From Eledone cirrhosa (taxonomy: Eukaryota), in contig OZ024744.1 in NCBI GenBank assembly GCA_964016885.1, forward strand, positions 103,478,001 to 103,542,000: DNA of 64,000 bases, read 5' to 3'. The notes beneath the pieces are model-generated. The model had not been told where the DNA came from, ran no database searches, and worked only from the letters and a program-made list of their open reading frames with translations. The translations under genes were made by a program, and so were the position numbers. Below, one piece after another: positions 1-13,049 of this stretch (positions are counted from its first letter, which is position 1; every line of letters begins with the position of its first letter).

Positions 1-985
1 GGCAGTGTTCCGTATTGCAAGGTAGTGTGACAGTGTAAATCAAGATGTTATTGTAGATAACTGTGTCTGAAATGATGCTGGTATACTTAGTGTCACTGAT
101 GCTCAGAAAAAGGCAGTCTGGAAATGTGATTATGAGAGATTGATGAATGTTGAGAATGAATGGGAGAGACAGAAATTAAGGAGTTGGCATAAACTCTATA
201 AAGTGTACACAATGCAGATCTTCAGTACACAAGAGATGTAGTGGGATAGCATGCAAGCTAACAGGTAGGGAAAACTATATATGAAGTAGAATTACAGGGA
301 AATTTGACAGTAGAAGTCACAGTGATAGACACATTTTTCAAATGCAGGTAGGACCTATATAGGTGGTTGATAGCTTCCGATACACAGGTGATCAGATTAG
401 TAAGGGAGGAGGGTACTCCAAGGCCATAGTATCCAGAATAAGGATGGGTTGGAAGAAGTTTAGGGAGCTGTTTCCTCTATTGACAAAGAAGGGTTTCTCC
501 CTGCATACGAAAGGCCAGTTATATGATGCCTATATGAGGTGCATGATGCTGCATGGTAGTGAGACATGGGCAGCAACTGTAGAAGATATGCGATGGCTTG
601 AGAGAAATGAAGCAAGCATGCTCCATTGGATGTGCAATGTCAATGTGAACGACCAAGCATCGATGAGTTGAGAGAGAAACTGTAAAAAAGGGATAAGTTG
701 TAGTGTGCAGGAGAGAAGACTGCGATGGTATGGACATGTGATGCGCGTGGAGGATGACCGCTGAATAAAGAAGTGCCAAGAAATCCCAGTAGAAGGAAGC
801 TGCAGTAGAGGAAGACCACGGAAAACATGGGCGGAGGTGGTGAGAGCAGACCCCAGATCGCTGAAGCTCACAGAGGAGATGACGAAGGACCGTGACAAGT
901 GGAGAGATGCTGTGCTGAATGGGACCCGTCCCACCCTTGCAAGCAGTGAAAAGCGGACGTAAAATGATGATGATGATGATGATTA
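1..985 (+). mobile_element. Decayed RTE-type LINE, 3' portion, ending in a (GAT)n tail
   Basis: Post-RT motifs FRYTGDQI...RIRMGWKKFREL.PLL...MLHGSETW, then RRLRWYGHVMR and RGRPRKTW; tail aaaatgatgatgatgat at about 961-985. Confidence 0.8.
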
Positions 986-1496
986 TACAAAACATCAATA
1001 TCATCACCGTAATCATCTTTATCATCACCATCATGTGTTTCTCATCTTAACAAAGTATGTATTGGTCAACACAGACCAAATCAGTATTTAATATACTTCC
1101 AATATACATCCAGCTGACCATTATACCATGTGATAATTCTCCATCTCAAATATGTCACTGTGAGCAGTTAGTTTGGTAAATTGTCCTTTTACTGAGGGAA
1201 TCTCTTGTCAAGCCAATAACTTCATGGCCTGAGTGCACTTTAGTTGCACTTAGGCTGCATACCAATCGGCAAAACTGTGCAGTCAGGACTTTGAAGAAAA
1301 ATTAGGCATATTTTTGTTTATATGCTCTTCACATTTATAATTGTTATATTGTTCTCATTAATATTTAATTCATTCATTGAGCAAAACTGGTGGAGGATGG
1401 ACACCACAAATATGTATACTTATGTATCGATATAAATATGCATCCTATTAATTATATATATGTATAAATATATATATATATATAAATACATGTGTA

Positions 1497-1620
1497 GAAG
1501 GCATGTGGCTGAGTGGTTAGAGAATTGGATTCACAATCGTGAGGTTGTGAGTTCGATTCCCAGACTGGGTGATGTGTTATGTCCTTGAGCAAGACACTTT
1601 ATTTCATATTGCTCCTTCTA
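1497..1620 (+). mobile_element. tRNA-derived SINE with CORE-like segment
   Basis: A box tggctgagtgg, B box gttcgattcc, followed by tgtccttgagcaagacactt. Confidence 0.7.
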
Positions 1621-1868
1621 CCTGGGTGGGCAACTAATAGATAATATTAGCAGTTGGAAAGACCAATGGAAACATTATTTCCTCAGTTTGATTTGACGAG
1701 CTCTACTCCATTCGTTAAGTGAACGAGATCTGGGATCTTGTCAATCGACTGTCGATACATGTGTCATATATAAATATGTATATAAACATACATTACACAT
1801 ATACTACAAAACAATATACTACATTGATATAATATATTAATTATACACATGTTTAAGTTACAACTTAC

Positions 1869-1886
1869 CTTCAATAGAAGCAAAAT
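1869..1886 (-). CDS. 18-nt phase-1 microexon of an unidentified host gene ((D)FASIE)
   Basis: Minus strand reads TTTTTTTTAATAATTTCAG|ATTTTGCTTCTATTGAAG|GTAAGTT; open in the frame set by the upstream exons. Confidence 0.65.
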
Positions 1887-1901
1887 CTGAAATTATTAAA
1901 A

Positions 1902-2221
1902 AAAACATCAAATAAGTTTATAACAACCTCACATATATATCAGTATGTGTGTGTGTGTGTGTTGCTATGTATGTAGGTAGGTAAAACATCAAATAAGTTT
2001 ATAACAACCTCACATATATATCAGTATGTGTGTGTGTGTGTTGCTATGTATGTAGGTAGGTAAAACATCAAATAAGTTTATAACAACCTCACATATATAT
2101 CAGTATGTGTGTGTGTGTGTTGCTATGTATGTAGGTAGGTAAAAACATCAAATAAGTTTATAACAACCTCACATATATATCAGTATGTGAGAGTGAATGT
2201 GTGTTGCTATGTATGTAGGTA
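1902..2221. repeat. Tandem repeat, about 79-bp unit x4, containing (GT)n
   Basis: aaacatcaaataagtttataacaacctcacatatatatcagtatgtg...gtaggtaggt repeated four times. Confidence 0.9.
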
Positions 2222-2520
2222 ATCTTCACCATTTAATTTTTCTTGGTTGGTGTTAGGAAGGGCATCCAGATGTAGAATACATGGTCAAATTTATAGCATG
2301 GAAAAATGGACGCTAAACAGTGATGATAATGATATATATATATATTTATATATCATCATCATCACTGTTTTGCGTATATATATATATATATATATATACT
2401 TTGTTTTTTAATTTGTTTTGCAAGATTTCTTATCTGAAAATTGGGAGTTCAAAAAGATATTGACCATGGGAAGGTCATACTGCCAATAAAAACAAAGGAG
2501 AGACACAAAATAAGAATAAA

Positions 2521-2563
2521 GTCACTGAGGAGGTCACAGAATGTGTGACGAAAGAGCTTTGAC
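2521..2563 (+). ncRNA. Minimal type I hammerhead ribozyme motif (PLE terminal-repeat remnant)
   Basis: gtca-CTGAGGA-g-gtcaca..tgtgac-GAAA-gag-CTT-tgac; stems I and II pair; lies inside a short inverted repeat (2468-2494 and 2654-2680). Confidence 0.6.
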
Positions 2564-2739
2564 AATATATAAACAACCATCCGGTTATCAAACCAACCAA
2601 CCAACCAACCGGAAATTTATAATAAATTGAAGCGAAAACCAACAGGTGCGTGTGTTTTTATTGGCAGCATGACCCTCCCAAAGTATAACAATATATATAT
2701 ATATGTATTTACAGAGTGGGAGTGAATGGCTCTGTCATG

Positions 2740-3320
2740 AGGAAGGACATGCCAATTGGCTGTACTGAACCCCTCTCACAAAGGAACCAGTTTTGGAGCC
2801 TGACCCATCTCACAATGGAGCCACAGTTTAGGAACCCAGTACTGGAAGGCACCGATATGAGGAGCCTGACCCATCTTACAGCATAGCCACTGTTTTTTGG
2901 GGCTGACACTAGATGAGCAGAGAGAAGTACGAGGCCACAGTTTGGGAGCCTCTCATTGGATGGCACCACTATGTGAAGAGGCCAGTTGAATTCCAGTATT
3001 CAATGGCACAGATACGAGGAGCCTGACCCATCTTACAGCATAGCCATACATTCGTGGCCCAGTATTGGATGGCATGCCATGAGGAGGGAACAGGCCAGTT
3101 GGCCACACTGAACCCATCTCACAGTGTAACTATAGTTTAGGGGCCTGATACTGGATGAGATCGCTATGAGGAGGGATAGGTGCGGAACTACAGTATGGGA
3201 GCTTGGCCCACAGCAGGAACGCATTTTTGGAGTCACTTGATTACACCACTGTGAGGGAGGCACCTTTTGGGAGCCTGTCACTGGATAGCTCCATTATGTG
3301 TAGGGACAGGCCACACCAGA
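2740..3320. repeat. Degenerate tandem repeat of about 80-100 bp
   Basis: Recurring ggagcctgacccatct(t/c)aca...gccacagttt motifs. Confidence 0.6.
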
Positions 3321-3589
3321 CCCTCCACACAACAGACCCTCAGTTCAGGGTTGCAACCTGGCACTCTCCACATGATGAACCCTTCACGAGATCACATTTT
3401 ACTTCTCGAGCCCTACACTGGATGATTGCAATGAAACTCTCATGGACCTGCCATTGACATTGTTAGCAATGTGGGGCTGGACAGTGCCATTTTGATTCAA
3501 GTCCAATGCTGAGTTGTTGGAACAGGTCTTTTGTTGAATGTTGTAGAACCAGAGGACTCAGTCCTGTGTCATCCCCATTGTGAGATTTA

Positions 3590-4900
3590 GTTGAGTCAGG
3601 TCCACCCTTATTATTCCATTTCACATCTTCCTCGGTCTTCCTCTCTGGGTGCCTCTTGCAACTTTTAATGCCCTACACCACTTTAAGCATCTGTCATCCT
3701 TCATGCGCATCATGTGACCATATCACCACAGTCTTCTCTCCTGCACACAGCATTTGATCACTTTTATACTTAGTTCCACTCTTAACACTTTGCTGTTCAC
3801 GTACACTTCTGTAACACATCCATCTGACCATGCTTTGTTTCTTTCTAGCCTCCATAAATCCTCGGCACACAGAGCCCCTATTTTGCTACCATGTAGCATT
3901 GCTGAGTGCATGCAGGCATCATACAGCTTGCCTTTTATGTTGAGTGAGATACACTTTGTATTTAACAGCTTTCTGCACAGCCACCCCCGCAGCTGATTTG
4001 GTCCCCCAGATAGCAGAAGCTATCAACTATTTCTATGGGGTCTTCTATGCATTTGAAGGGGCATGCTATCAGAGGGTTTTTGTATACCATTCCTGTGCAG
4101 GCTTCACTTATGAAGTCCGTGTTTTTCACCAGCCTGCCTGTGGTCCCACTACATCTCTTGTGTATCCACTGTCTGTATTTGATGCACTGGATAGATTTTC
4201 TGTCTATCCCTTTCCTGCATATCGAGCAGGGCCATTTCCCAGAGGGTATCAGAGCTCTGTTTCATCTACTGTTCATAAAGATGTTGGTCTTGGACAGGTT
4301 GACTTTGAGGCCTTTTGTTTCCAAGTTGTGTCTCCATGTCTAAAATTTTTTCTCTAACTCTGTCATAGACTCGGCTATGAGGGTAAGGTCGTCTGTGTAT
4401 AGTAATTCCCACAGGCAGCCAGTCTTGAGTGACTCTGATCTCCAAGTTATCATAGAGTCTATAACAGAGGAATTAACTTTGTTAAAGACTCTATGATAAT
4501 AATGAAGAGGAGGGGTGTAAGGATGGAACTCTGCTGGTGGTCCCTTTGTGGCTTGTACTGCTCTTATGAGCCACTCATCTACGCCTTGTTTTCTGAGGGT
4601 CCACCATTTTACAGGTCAAGGGACTCTGTCAAAAGCTAGGTAGAGTAGTTTGCTTTTAGCCGGATACTTCTCCTGCATTTGTCTCACAATAAAGGGGCAT
4701 TGGTGGTGCCTTTACCCGGCACAAATCCAAACTGCATTTTATCTAGGTCTATACGATCTCTTATCAGTTGTGCTATGACTCTTTCTGTAACATTCATGAC
4801 CTGGTCAGTCAGCTTTATACCTCTGTAGTTACTTCTCTCTGGGGCATCTCCTTTATCCTTGAAGCAATTGACAATGATGCTGCTATCCCAATCACTGAGA
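3590..4900 (-). mobile_element. Decayed RTE-type LINE (RT region)
   Basis: KDKGDAPERSNYRGIKL...MQFGFVPGKGTT; MLHGSK...ERRLW. Confidence 0.8.
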
Positions 4901-4909
4901 ATATTTTTT

Positions 4910-5460
4910 ATTTGGTTTTCGTGCCAACTCTTACTTTTGGTAATGAATCTTGGGTAATGACCGAAAGAATACGATTGCAAATACAAACGGCTAAATGGGA
5001 TTCCTCCAAAGGGTCTTTGGAGTAACTTTACTTGACTGAGTGCGTAACTTGGAGATCAGAGTCACTCAAGAAGAAGAAGAAGGAGGAGGAGGAGGAGAAG
5101 AATTGAATCTCTCATAATTCAATATAGATCTGGAGCAGCAATGTTGTAAGAATGTCAAATCATTGTATGTCTAAACACTTTCTGTAGAGGGAGTTAGTCA
5201 AAGGGAAACGGCTAAGGTATGAATCAAAGTTCAGGTATAAAGACTGCATTAAAAGAGCTTTGATACATTCAAAATCAGAGAAGATAACTGAGGGAGACAT
5301 TGTCTTAGAGCGATTATCTTAGAGGAAAACAGTGTTTAATGGAAGACAGGAATATAAAACATTTTGTTTTTCAGATGCTCAAAAAATAAATTTGTGTGCA
5401 ATGAATGTGGCTGGATTTGCCTCAGTAAAGCTAGTCTTAGAAGTCATGTAGAAAACATTA
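4910..5460 (+). mobile_element. Two short RTE-like LINE 3' fragments
   Basis: VPTLTFGNESWVMTERIR; downstream RYKDCIK and a C-x2-C...H-like tail. Confidence 0.5.
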
Positions 5461-6024
5461 ATTATGGTCTCTTTAGTATTTCTTCCTATCATTAGTGTGG
5501 AAAATAATGTGCCACAGCTGCTGGAGCACATCAATTAAAAGCTCACCAAAGCAAAACGGGGAATCAAAGTAGAAGTAATGTTTATCACTGCAGCATATGT
5601 AGAAAGGTGTGTAAGTCCTTGTTAGGGCTGAAGTGTTAACAAACCAAACTTGCCACATATGTGGGATCATCCATTCCCACACTATGCACATGGGTTGGTG
5701 TCAGGAAGGACATCCAGCAACTGTAAAAAGCTAGCTGAACCATGGCCTGGTATGCTCAAGGTATGGCACAGCTAACTGGTAAAACTTGCCACATATGTGG
5801 GATCATCCATTCCCACACTGTACACATGGTTGGTGTTAGGAAGGACATCAATTTGTAAAAAAAAAAGTCAAAATACAGTTCTGTTTAAGCAAGTTATGGT
5901 GTGGCCAACTGACCAGACATGCTTCATAACATGGACATATCTAACCCATGACAGCATGGAAGACGTTAAACAGTGATGAGATATATATATATGTGTGTGT
6001 ATGTGTACATTATTACAACAAGTA

Positions 6025-6201
6025 AGGCGGTGGATTGGCAGTATCAGTAGAGGGTCGGACGCCATGCTTTGTAGCACAGTTATGGACTGAGTTCAAATCC
6101 CGCCGAGGTTAACTTTGCCTTTCATCCTTACGGGGTCGATTAAATAAAGTACCAGTAATACACTGGGATAATTGCTGGCCTTGTGCCAAAAAGTAGAAAG
6201 A
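6025..6201 (+). mobile_element. tRNA-derived SINE with Meta-like central domain and 16-bp target-site duplication
   Basis: B box gagttcaaatcc; gcctttcatccttacggggtcgat..aaagtaccag; flanking direct repeat attattacaacaagta at 6009-6024 and 6202-6217. Confidence 0.85.
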
Positions 6202-6282
6202 ATTATTACAACAAGTATGACAGAACTCTAAAACATGTTATGTTGAATAACAATTACAAATGGTGTCTAAATTATAACTTAC

Positions 6283-6312
6283 CATTAACACATTTCTCAC
6301 TGTTAACTTTGT
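6283..6312 (-). CDS. 30-nt phase-1 microexon ((Y)KVNSEKCVN)
   Basis: TATTTCTTTTATTTTCAG|ACAAAGTTAACAGTGAGAAATGTGTTAATG|GTAAGTT. Confidence 0.7.
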
Positions 6313-6629
6313 CTGAAAATAAAAGAAATATCAAAGAGGATAAGAGGAATCCTATGAATATATGTATGGCTGATTGTGTATGTGTATCTGCATGTATGTA
6401 TGTGTGCCTGTATCTGTTTATCAGAATATCAGTATGTATGCATACATGTATGAATGTGTGATTTGATGAGAAATGAATGTGTGTGTGTTTATGTCTGTTT
6501 ATATGTATGTATGTATGTATATATTATGTGTGCATGTAAGTATATGCATGTATGTATGTATGTATGTATGTATGTATGTATGTATGTATGTATGTATGCA
6601 TGTGTGTATGTATGTATGTAAATGTATGT

Positions 6630-8520
6630 ACATCTTCTTTGCCCACTTCTTCCTGGGTGGTTTGTGGGAGAAGACTCCTCAATCACTCCTAGCTGGTCCT
6701 GTCAGAAGCAACCATCTCCAACTGATCCAGCTGGATCCCCAAATGATGTGCTCATTGATCTTGTTCAACCTTTTTACTCAGGGTCTTCCCCAGGGTCTCC
6801 TGCTGGTTGGTTTTGCCCATAAAATCTGTCCAGTGATTCGTTCCTGAGACTTTCTAAATAAATACCCATAATATTGGAACTGTGATCTCTTAATTCAAAG
6901 AAGTAGCAGCTGTAGTGATTCTTTGATCTCTGAGCTATACACTCTATTAAGTGACATTACTGGCCCTTTGGAGGAACCCCATTTCAGTGGCTTATATTCA
7001 CAATCATATCAATTTGGTCATTACCCAACATTCATAACTGTAGGTTAGGTTTGGCATATGAAGATAGCATGTTTGACTTTTACACCTACCTCACTTTTTC
7101 TGATTACCGAATGCTGAAGCTGGTGCATTACTGCACCAGTTTCTTCAATTCTTGCATTTAATTCAGACTCCTGCCTTTCATCACTTGTGAACACAACTCA
7201 GAGATACTTAAACTTCTCTACCTGCTTCAGTGAAACTCCATTCACATGTAGTGTTCACTACATAGGCTTCCTTGAGAGGATGAGTGTCTCAATTTTTGCA
7301 ACTCTTATTTTCATTCCATCCATTCAGCACTTACTCGGAATCAAACCAATCATACTCAAGTTGGAGATCGGCTTCTGTCAATCTAAGTAACACCATGTTG
7401 TCTGCAAATAGCAACTGACTAACTTTACATCTGCCAGTCGTAGTACCACTTCTAACCTGGCTGTGTATGTCAATCCTGTTCATGAAAATAATCAATAGGG
7501 GAGGTGACAGTACTCACCCAGTCTCCCACATTGAATGGCTTCGATTTAGCACCATTTCTCTGAACACAAATACTTGGGCATTTGTATAGATACATCAGGG
7601 CAACAAGAAGCTGATGATTGATCCCATACTCCTGCACAACCTTTCACAGGAGGTCATGAGGAATGCGGTCTATGCCTTTTCAATGTCTATAAAACTACGA
7701 TATATCTCTTGGCAATACTCCTAAGATTTCTCGAAGACCTGCCACAGTGTGAATATTTGGTTGGTGGTGCTGTTTCTAGGGTGCAAACTACACTGTTCAT
7801 CAGCTAGCTTGAGCTCAACAATCTCCCTACATCTCTTTGCCAGACACTTAGCATAGACTTTACCAGGGACGCTTAAAAAGGAGATCCCTCTGTAATTGGA
7901 ACAATCGCTCTTGGCTCCCTTTTTGAAAATTGGGATTATCACTCCTGATTGCCATTGCTTAGCTGCCTTTCCAGAGACCCAGGCCACCCAGCACACACAA
8001 GTCAGCCAGAGAATACCTTCTCTATTTAAGGCTTTTAAGATCCTGGGTCAGATTTCATCATCCCCAACAACCTTGCTACAGTTGATCTTGTTAACAGCTC
8101 TTGTGACCTCAGCCTCCAAGTGATTAGTCACTACTCCAGGATGTACCTTGTATACATCAGAAGATGCTGTTGTGATCAAGTTTAAGAGATCAGCAAAGTA
8201 TTCTCTCCAGCTCTCAAACATGTGCCTCACTGAAGAGAGGAGAACCCCAGACACATTCCTGATAGCAGGTGTGGAGCATGAATTCTTATTATGAAATCAG
8301 TGGATGGTCTGCCTGAACACTTCATTTGCTGCTCTGAAGTCGTATTTCAACTTTAGCCCCAAATCCTTCCACGTCTTAACTTTGGACAACTTTACTGACT
8401 CTGCTGTGATTCATCATGCCTGCTTGTACTGCAAGTGCAAGGCGGAAGACTTATTTCCAGCCAACCTTTATAAGACTCCTTCTCAGCTTGGAAGCAATCA
8501 AGAGGTCAAAGATGCTACGG
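6630..8520 (-). mobile_element. Decayed RTE-type LINE (tether and RT)
   Basis: WREYFADLLN, VIIPIFKKG..SDCSNYRGISFLSVPGKVYAK, LLFADN, KFKYL motifs with frameshifts. Confidence 0.85.
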
Positions 8521-8651
8521 GCATCATCATTATTAAATATCTGTTTCTCCTCTCTTCAGTGAGGCACATGTTTGAGAGCTGGAGAGAATACTTTGCTGAT
8601 CTCTTAAACTTGATCACAACAGCATCTTCTGATGTATACAAGGTACATCCT

Positions 8652-8838
8652 GAGGGCGGTGGATTGGCAGTATCAGTAGAGGGTCAGACGCCATGCTTTC
8701 CAGCATAGTTACGTCCCTTTACGATCTGAGTTCAAATCCCGCCGAGGTTGACTTTGCCTTTCATCCTTACGGGGTCGATAAAATAAAGTACCAGTAATGC
8801 ACTGGGTAATTGCTGGCCTTGTGCCTAAAGTAGAAACA
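8652..8838 (+). mobile_element. tRNA-derived SINE, same family as 6025-6201
   Basis: Near-identical sequence; 18-bp target-site duplication attattaaatatctgttt at 8529-8546 and 8839-8856. Confidence 0.85.
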
Positions 8839-9256
8839 ATTATTAAATATCTGTTTTACCTGCTAGCAAAGGCTAGAAATGTCATGTTGGATTGAATCTC
8901 TACTTAACCAGAACTATTGATCTCTTAGATAGACTTGATGCCTCTATCTAGCTAACATCCATTTCCACAATCTACCAAGTGTTCAGAGGGGTTTTGTAGT
9001 GGGGATCTTTTTTACCTTACAAAGAAGGGAGTAGGAAACATGATAAGTATGTGGTTTGTTTATGAAAAGTTTAGTGGGATTTAACAAGGGGATGAATTGA
9101 AGGGAATTGTCTGGCTTCTGACAGTGTATAGTTGAGAGTAGGGATAAGGTTACTTTGATGATAGCAACTACCAATGATTGATAGTGGAGTGGGACATGAA
9201 CTGTGTGGAGGTTTATAGTGAAGGTAGAATATGAGTAGATCAACAAGGGAGTCATA

Positions 9257-9298
<42 letters not shown>

Positions 9299-9386
9299 AA
9301 CATATCTGTATATGTATGTACCTATATATATATAAACTATATTGGAAAGTTAATTAAAAATTGAAAGGCTGTTTATTACAACTTAC

Positions 9387-9431
9387 AGAACAACCGATTT
9401 GGCTGGATCGTTGTTATGTTATACTTCTTGG
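9387..9431 (-). CDS. 45-nt phase-1 exon (KKYNITTIQPNRLF)
   Basis: TTTTTACTTGTTTTTTCCTTTAG|CCAAGAAG...TTGTTCT|GTAAGTT. Confidence 0.7.
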
Positions 9432-9952
9432 CTAAAGGAAAAAACAAGTAAAAATGAAGAAAATAATATTAAATCTACATGTATATACATATTTTACTAG
9501 CTGATATATATGGTAGTGTCTGGGTATTGTATCAATGTATCTTAATTTAATAAGGTGTAATTTGAGGGCTGCTATTTCTAGCATATCTAGTTACCAGGTA
9601 GTGGTAGCAGACAATATCATAGATATAAGTATGTACCATAAAAGGGAGATCTTTATGTTATAGATCAAGCTAGAAATAATAATCAAAACTCCCTCAAATC
9701 ACATACCACCTTAGTATATATGTATGTATATTCTGGTTTTATAATTTCACACATGTTTGCCAACAGAGAGAGAGAGTCAGTTTCTAACATAGACACAAGA
9801 CTCTCTCATTGGAATTTACACAACATCAACTAAGTAGATTATGCATGCATGCATGTGTAGATATGGCTGTTATTGTATGTGTGCATGTGTGTTTTGAGTT
9901 GTATGTGTGCATGTGCATATACTTTGTATCTGTACATGTGTATATGCAGTTA

Positions 9953-10370
9953 TTAGAGGCAACATTTTTGGAATGTCTTACATATTTTTACTGTTCCATT
10001 AATGGATTGTACTTGTAATTTCCTAACTAGTTGTGTTATTTCTGTTCCTGTGAAGCCTAGCTTCTCAAGATTTGTATTGAGACAGTTACTAACATACCCT
10101 AGTGCCCCAATAATCACAGGCATAAATCTGAAGGTGTAATCAGGGTGGAGTGTCTGCAGATTTCTCATCAGTTCTGCATAAATATTCTCCTTTTCACTAA
10201 TCTTTGATATTATATTGGCATCTGCTGGGCAGCTAATTTCCACTACTGAGCATGTCTTCTTCTCCCTGTCCCATATCATTATGTCTGGTCTGTTATGCCT
10301 GCATTTTATTGGGGTTTTTACTGGAACATTCTACCAGTACTCTTTCATATTATGTACATGGATGTCTTCC
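9953..10370 (-). mobile_element. 3' fragment of an R4/Dong-like non-LTR element (restriction-like endonuclease)
   Basis: HNRPDIMIWD...VVEISCP...K..IYAEL...PVIIGALG. Confidence 0.75.
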
Positions 10371-11284
10371 ACATTGTAGCATTGATGTGTTTATTGTTGG
10401 GGCTATGTATGTATGTGTGTATGTATGTATGTGTTTATATGTATGCGTATGAGTGTGTGCATGTCTGTATGTACGTATGTACTTATGTGTGTATATATAT
10501 GTATGTAGGTAGTATGTACATATGTATGTATGCATGTATGTACGTATGTATTTAAGTATATATGTATGTATATGTAAGTATATATGTATATATATGTAAG
10601 TATATATGTATGTATATATGTATGTATATATGTATGTATCTATGTAGACAAATCAACATCATCATCATCATCATCATCCTAATCATCATCAATATCTATT
10701 TCCCCCAATATTTAGTGTTGCAAAAGTCATCAAACACCAAATTAGTACTCAATAGACTCTATTGACCCCTTACATGGATCAGGGCTGAACCTTACACAGT
10801 GCACTGAGTGTTTTTTATGATAATGATAATGATGATGATGATGAAATTATTGTGAAGTGTTTAGGTGCACTACAACTCATGATACCAGCACCAAGGTTAT
10901 CATGTCTTTGACACAACTGAAGGGTCCTTTCACCCTTTGTATGACAGGTTTTCTATGGTTGGATACCCTTCTTATCACCAATGTCCTACAACTCTGATTC
11001 CTTTCTAAAATATAAGTTAGATGTGTAGAATGGTGTTACTTGGCCTTGTCTGGTCTTGTAGAAGGATCTATGGTTGTTGGTCATTTAGTATGTTGATGGC
11101 TTTTGGGGCAATAGGATGGCGTTAATGTCAAGTAGGTTGGTTGGTGTACTTAGATGAACAATGTTAGATTTAGGTTATACTCTAACAGCAAAAGGGAGAG
11201 AAGGAAGGATGATGTGAAGATCACACCCCCACTTGCCAGTATAGAGGGTGGAGGAAACACTTAAAGTATAATAGATAAGATAAG

Positions 11285-11635
11285 ATAAGATAAGAACAGG
11301 CTGGAAGAAGTTTATACGTCTATTACCACTGCTACCAACGTAATGCTTTTCTTTCAGAGTGATGGGCAGACTGTAGGGTACCTGTATGTGAACTGCAATG
11401 TTACATGGCAATAAAACATGGACCTTGACTGCAGAAGACCTGCAGAGGCTAGAAAGAAATGAGTTGAGTATACTCCAATAGATGTGTAATATTAGTGTCC
11501 ATGAGTGACATAGCATAAGTGGACTGAGGAAGTAACTTGGCATTAGAGGAATTTATTGTAGAGTGCAAGAGAGAAGACTGTCTTGGTATGGACATGAGGT
11601 GTGCATGGAAGATGGCAGCTGAATAAAGAGATGCA
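11285..11635 (+). mobile_element. Decayed RTE-type LINE fragment
   Basis: RIRTGWKKF, MLHG..TW, RLERNE; homologous to 1-985. Confidence 0.7.
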
Positions 11636-12089
11636 GAGCAACCCCCTGCCCCTCATACAGACACACATTCCTGGCAGCTCACCCCCTCCCGTGAAGTGAT
11701 TGGTGATATGAAGAGCTACCACACATGGAGGACTTGCCAAGCAAACAAAGGGTCAAGAGGACCTTTCAACTGTGTGTTGGACATGACAGCCTCCCTAGTA
11801 TTGGTGATTTACATGATAAATGCACCAATTACACACTGTAAAGTCGTTGGTGATAGGATGGACATCCAACCATAGAAATCTTGCCAAACAAAGGATTTTG
11901 AGGAGCTTCAGTTGTTTCAAAAGCATGACAACCTCTTCTGGGCACTCAATGGAGCTTGAGACCGTACATAAGTGCACAGGTCACTGGGCTGCCAGGGAGA
12001 TGAGTGACTCTGCTTCAGTACTGACTTGATCAATATGAACCTGTCCACCCCTTGCTAGAAGGCAAAACAATAATTAACACACACACACG

Positions 12090-12165
<76 letters not shown>

Positions 12166-12826
12166 CAGGATGAATTCAGTTTGAAACTGGTTTGACCATT
12201 TCTCACCAGAATACATGGTATTAGCAGTAGGAGAGTAGTTATATTAAAGAGAGGGTTATATTAAAAAGTGCCAGGACCCCTGTTTCACTTTTGATACATT
12301 CTATTTTTCTCTTTTATTACATTTCATGGACAAATTACAAAAAATTGTATTATCATCAAAACAGGGAAAATATCATCAAAATTCAAAGTTTATCACTTTT
12401 AAAGAAATAGAATTTTAAAATCCAAATCAAGACACAAATGACGCAAAATAGTATGAAAGGAGCAAGGGACAAATGACCAAGTTTTATGAAAATACTAATC
12501 AAGAAAATTGTTCTGCCATGGGCCTTAGCAAAGTATTATGAGAGCCCTGTATTAAATATATTTCTACAAGTAATGACGTCAAAATGTAGTTAGACCAGTG
12601 TTCTAAAATTTGCAATACATCGGTGAGTGTATGTCTGTTTATTTCCCCATACATATAAGTATATATACATACATTTATACATCCACATTTAACAGTAAAA
12701 TAAAAATACAGTATATTCTCAGCTCCCCAATTCTCTTGCAAGCCATTTGAAAGTATCAGGAGACCAAACAATCTGACCTAGCAAGGATGACAAAGAAATA
12801 ATAACTCATCAATGTGCAATACTCAC

Positions 12827-12937
12827 TCTTCCTCCCGAGGAACTGGTTTACCCTCTTCAAATTTCTGTTTACGAATATTGCACAGGTTTCTATCTGATAT
12901 TCTAACGACTCTACCAATTCAGCAGTTCGAAATATGG
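12827..12937 (-). CDS. Candidate 111-nt phase-1 exon 2 (IFRTAELVESLEYQIETCAIFVNRNLKRVNQFLGRK)
   Basis: Good donor GA|GTGAGT; 37 open codons in the required frame; weak acceptor CTGATATCTAG. Confidence 0.45.
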
Positions 12938-13049
12938 CTAGATATCAGTCATTAACGACGGGAAATTACTTTTCCTGTTGGTTGGTGTTGACATAGGGTT
13001 ATCTCACTACATATATTCACACAGCCCTACATTAACCAGAGGGGATAGT

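Noticed and set aside
1497-1570. tRNA gene
   Set aside because: The A and B boxes run into SINE body sequence without a proper acceptor stem; the same applies to the 6025 SINE family.
12207-12300. Additional minus-strand exon encoding a hydrophobic stretch (TTLLLLIPCIL|GTGAG)
   Set aside because: It is phase 0, has an upstream in-frame stop, and has no acceptor or ATG, so it is incompatible with the phase-1 chain.
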